In this document: piece by piece, positions 62,740-64,000 of the stretch
How positions within the stretch are numbered: position 1 is the first letter of the stretch
Layout of the letters: the number at the start of each line of letters is the position of its first letter
Assembly: GCF_052425735.1 (NCBI RefSeq)
Contig: NC_135763.1
Span: 23,746,001-23,810,000 of the forward strand
From: Oculina patagonica
Lineage: Eukaryota
Reading direction: 5' to 3'
Length of the DNA: 64,000 bases
The notes under the pieces: generated by a model
The model's input: only the letters and a program-made list of their open reading frames with translations
Database searches by the model: none
Told to the model about the DNA's origin: nothing
Translations under genes and position numbers: made by a program

Positions 62740-62969
62740 ATTTAATGGTATCAAATAAATTCCCATGGGCTTTTCTTGACGTCACTGGTTACCATAGCAA
62801 CAGTAAAGCCTGTAAAAAAGACACCCTTAACTTTGGCTTCTAGGGCTTATAACTCAAAAACGAGCTCAATGACCCCCATATTTTATTATTGAATATTAAT
62901 TAGCATGTTAAGATACAGCTTTCTGCAAAGTTACAAAAAATCTACGAAGCGGATTCAGAGCCACCTTAA
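62740..62969. mobile_element. Right-end fragment of a Kolobok-like element related to 25016-26078
   Basis: Ends GAGCCACC|TTAA; shares ATGACCCC.A/TATTTT..ATT and CTACGAAGCGGATT motifs. Confidence 0.55.
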
Positions 62970-63441
62970 TTTTTCAAAGCTACGCCGCGAAGATGTTTTT
63001 TTCGCAAATAAGAATGCTCAGAAAAGTCATTCTCCAAAGGCGAATTAGCTTTATTAGAATTGCTGCAATACATTTCATCATTGTAAACTCAACAACATAT
63101 AGAAGCAATTGTTCTTTATGCATTGTGCGCTTCTTTCTTTCGGACTCTTCTCAAAGCAGTACACGAATAAAGATTGTTTATATAAAATGGAGCCCTTACA
63201 ACTAAATTCACAACTTGTAGGGTTAAAATGATAGCTTCATTTACCACTATGTGTAGCTAATAAACCAACACAGTTTCAATATATAAGGGAAAATAGCATT
63301 TTTTATTTTGTTTGGCAAGACAGAAAACAGTTTACAGAGCGTGATTTGCTTTTTCTTATTTTGCTGCTGGTTTTATGAGGGATATCAGGAGAGTTCTTAG
63401 TCTTGGACTCGGTTGTCCTCCCGTCAGTACGTGCTTTTATT

Positions 63442-63641
63442 TCATTTCACTTCCGGTTCTTCAGTTTCCTCTGGCTCTTCAGTTTCCGGTTCCTCAGTTT
63501 CCTCTGGCTCTTCAGTTTCCGGTTCTTCAGTTTCCTCTGGCTCTTCAGTTTCCGGTTCTTCAGTTTCCTCTGGCTCTTCGGTTTCCGGTTCCTCAGTTTC
63601 CTCTGGTTCTTCAGTTTCCGGTTCCTCAGTTTCCTCTGGCT
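63442..63641 (-). CDS. Last exon of secreted acidic protein gene 8 ((EPEETEEPETE)n..EPEVK*); upstream exon(s) beyond the window
   Basis: Acceptor tgcag at 63642-63646, phase 1 like the paralogues; 33-bp repeat nearly identical to that of gene 7; TGA 63442-63444. Confidence 0.78.
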
Positions 63642-64000
63642 CTGCATGCACAGGGTTATTTAAAAGGTAAATTAGTTTAAAATGCCATTGCTTAGTTAAT
63701 TTCATATTAGTTATTGATATATAAGTAATTAATTAGTGAATGAATGAATAAATGGATGAATGATTTTTTTTTTAAATAAATATTAATAAAGACGCATAAT
63801 TAAATCATTTTAGCATTGGCATATGCCCACCGTTTCAATGCCTTGTTTTATTATTTCTTTCTTTAAAAAAACACTCGTGACACTATAAAAGTAAAATGCT
63901 TATAATAAATCAATGAAACAATTACAGTTGAACGTTTTTCGGTTAAATAATTAATATACCTTGGCGGAGAACCCGCCTAACAAGTGCAAGGTTGCTTCTT

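Overview
Eukaryotic (animal) genomic DNA, AT-rich, with GT-AG introns and assembly gaps. The repeats and genes suggest an anthozoan, most likely a stony coral (inference). 1-3328 is the right end of an integrated Polinton/Maverick (adintovirus-like) element: two Zn-ribbon ORFs (the second fused to a parvovirus-type PLA2), a DDE integrase with chromodomain, a degenerate kinase-fold ORF, a small zinc finger and a terminus ending ACTACT in a 65-bp palindrome. The top finding is that the integrase has no usable ATG. It lies in the -1 frame of the PLA2 ORF behind an in-frame A_AAA_AAC slippery site, a 6-nt spacer and a predicted H-type pseudoknot, i.e. a probable Gag-Pol-like programmed -1 ribosomal frameshift giving a ~496-aa PLA2-integrase fusion. 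8.4-63.6 kb is a tandem cluster of at least 8 paralogous secreted, highly acidic low-complexity protein genes (candidate skeletal-matrix proteins). Seven show a conserved phase-1 signal-peptide exon spliced to unrelated repeat cargoes; four end in GPI-like tails and three lack one. The ORF track misses them because they are spliced. A 4-exon TNF-family ligand gene is embedded in the cluster, along with many MITEs, SINEs and an RTE LINE fragment. All calls were made by eye; no searches were run.
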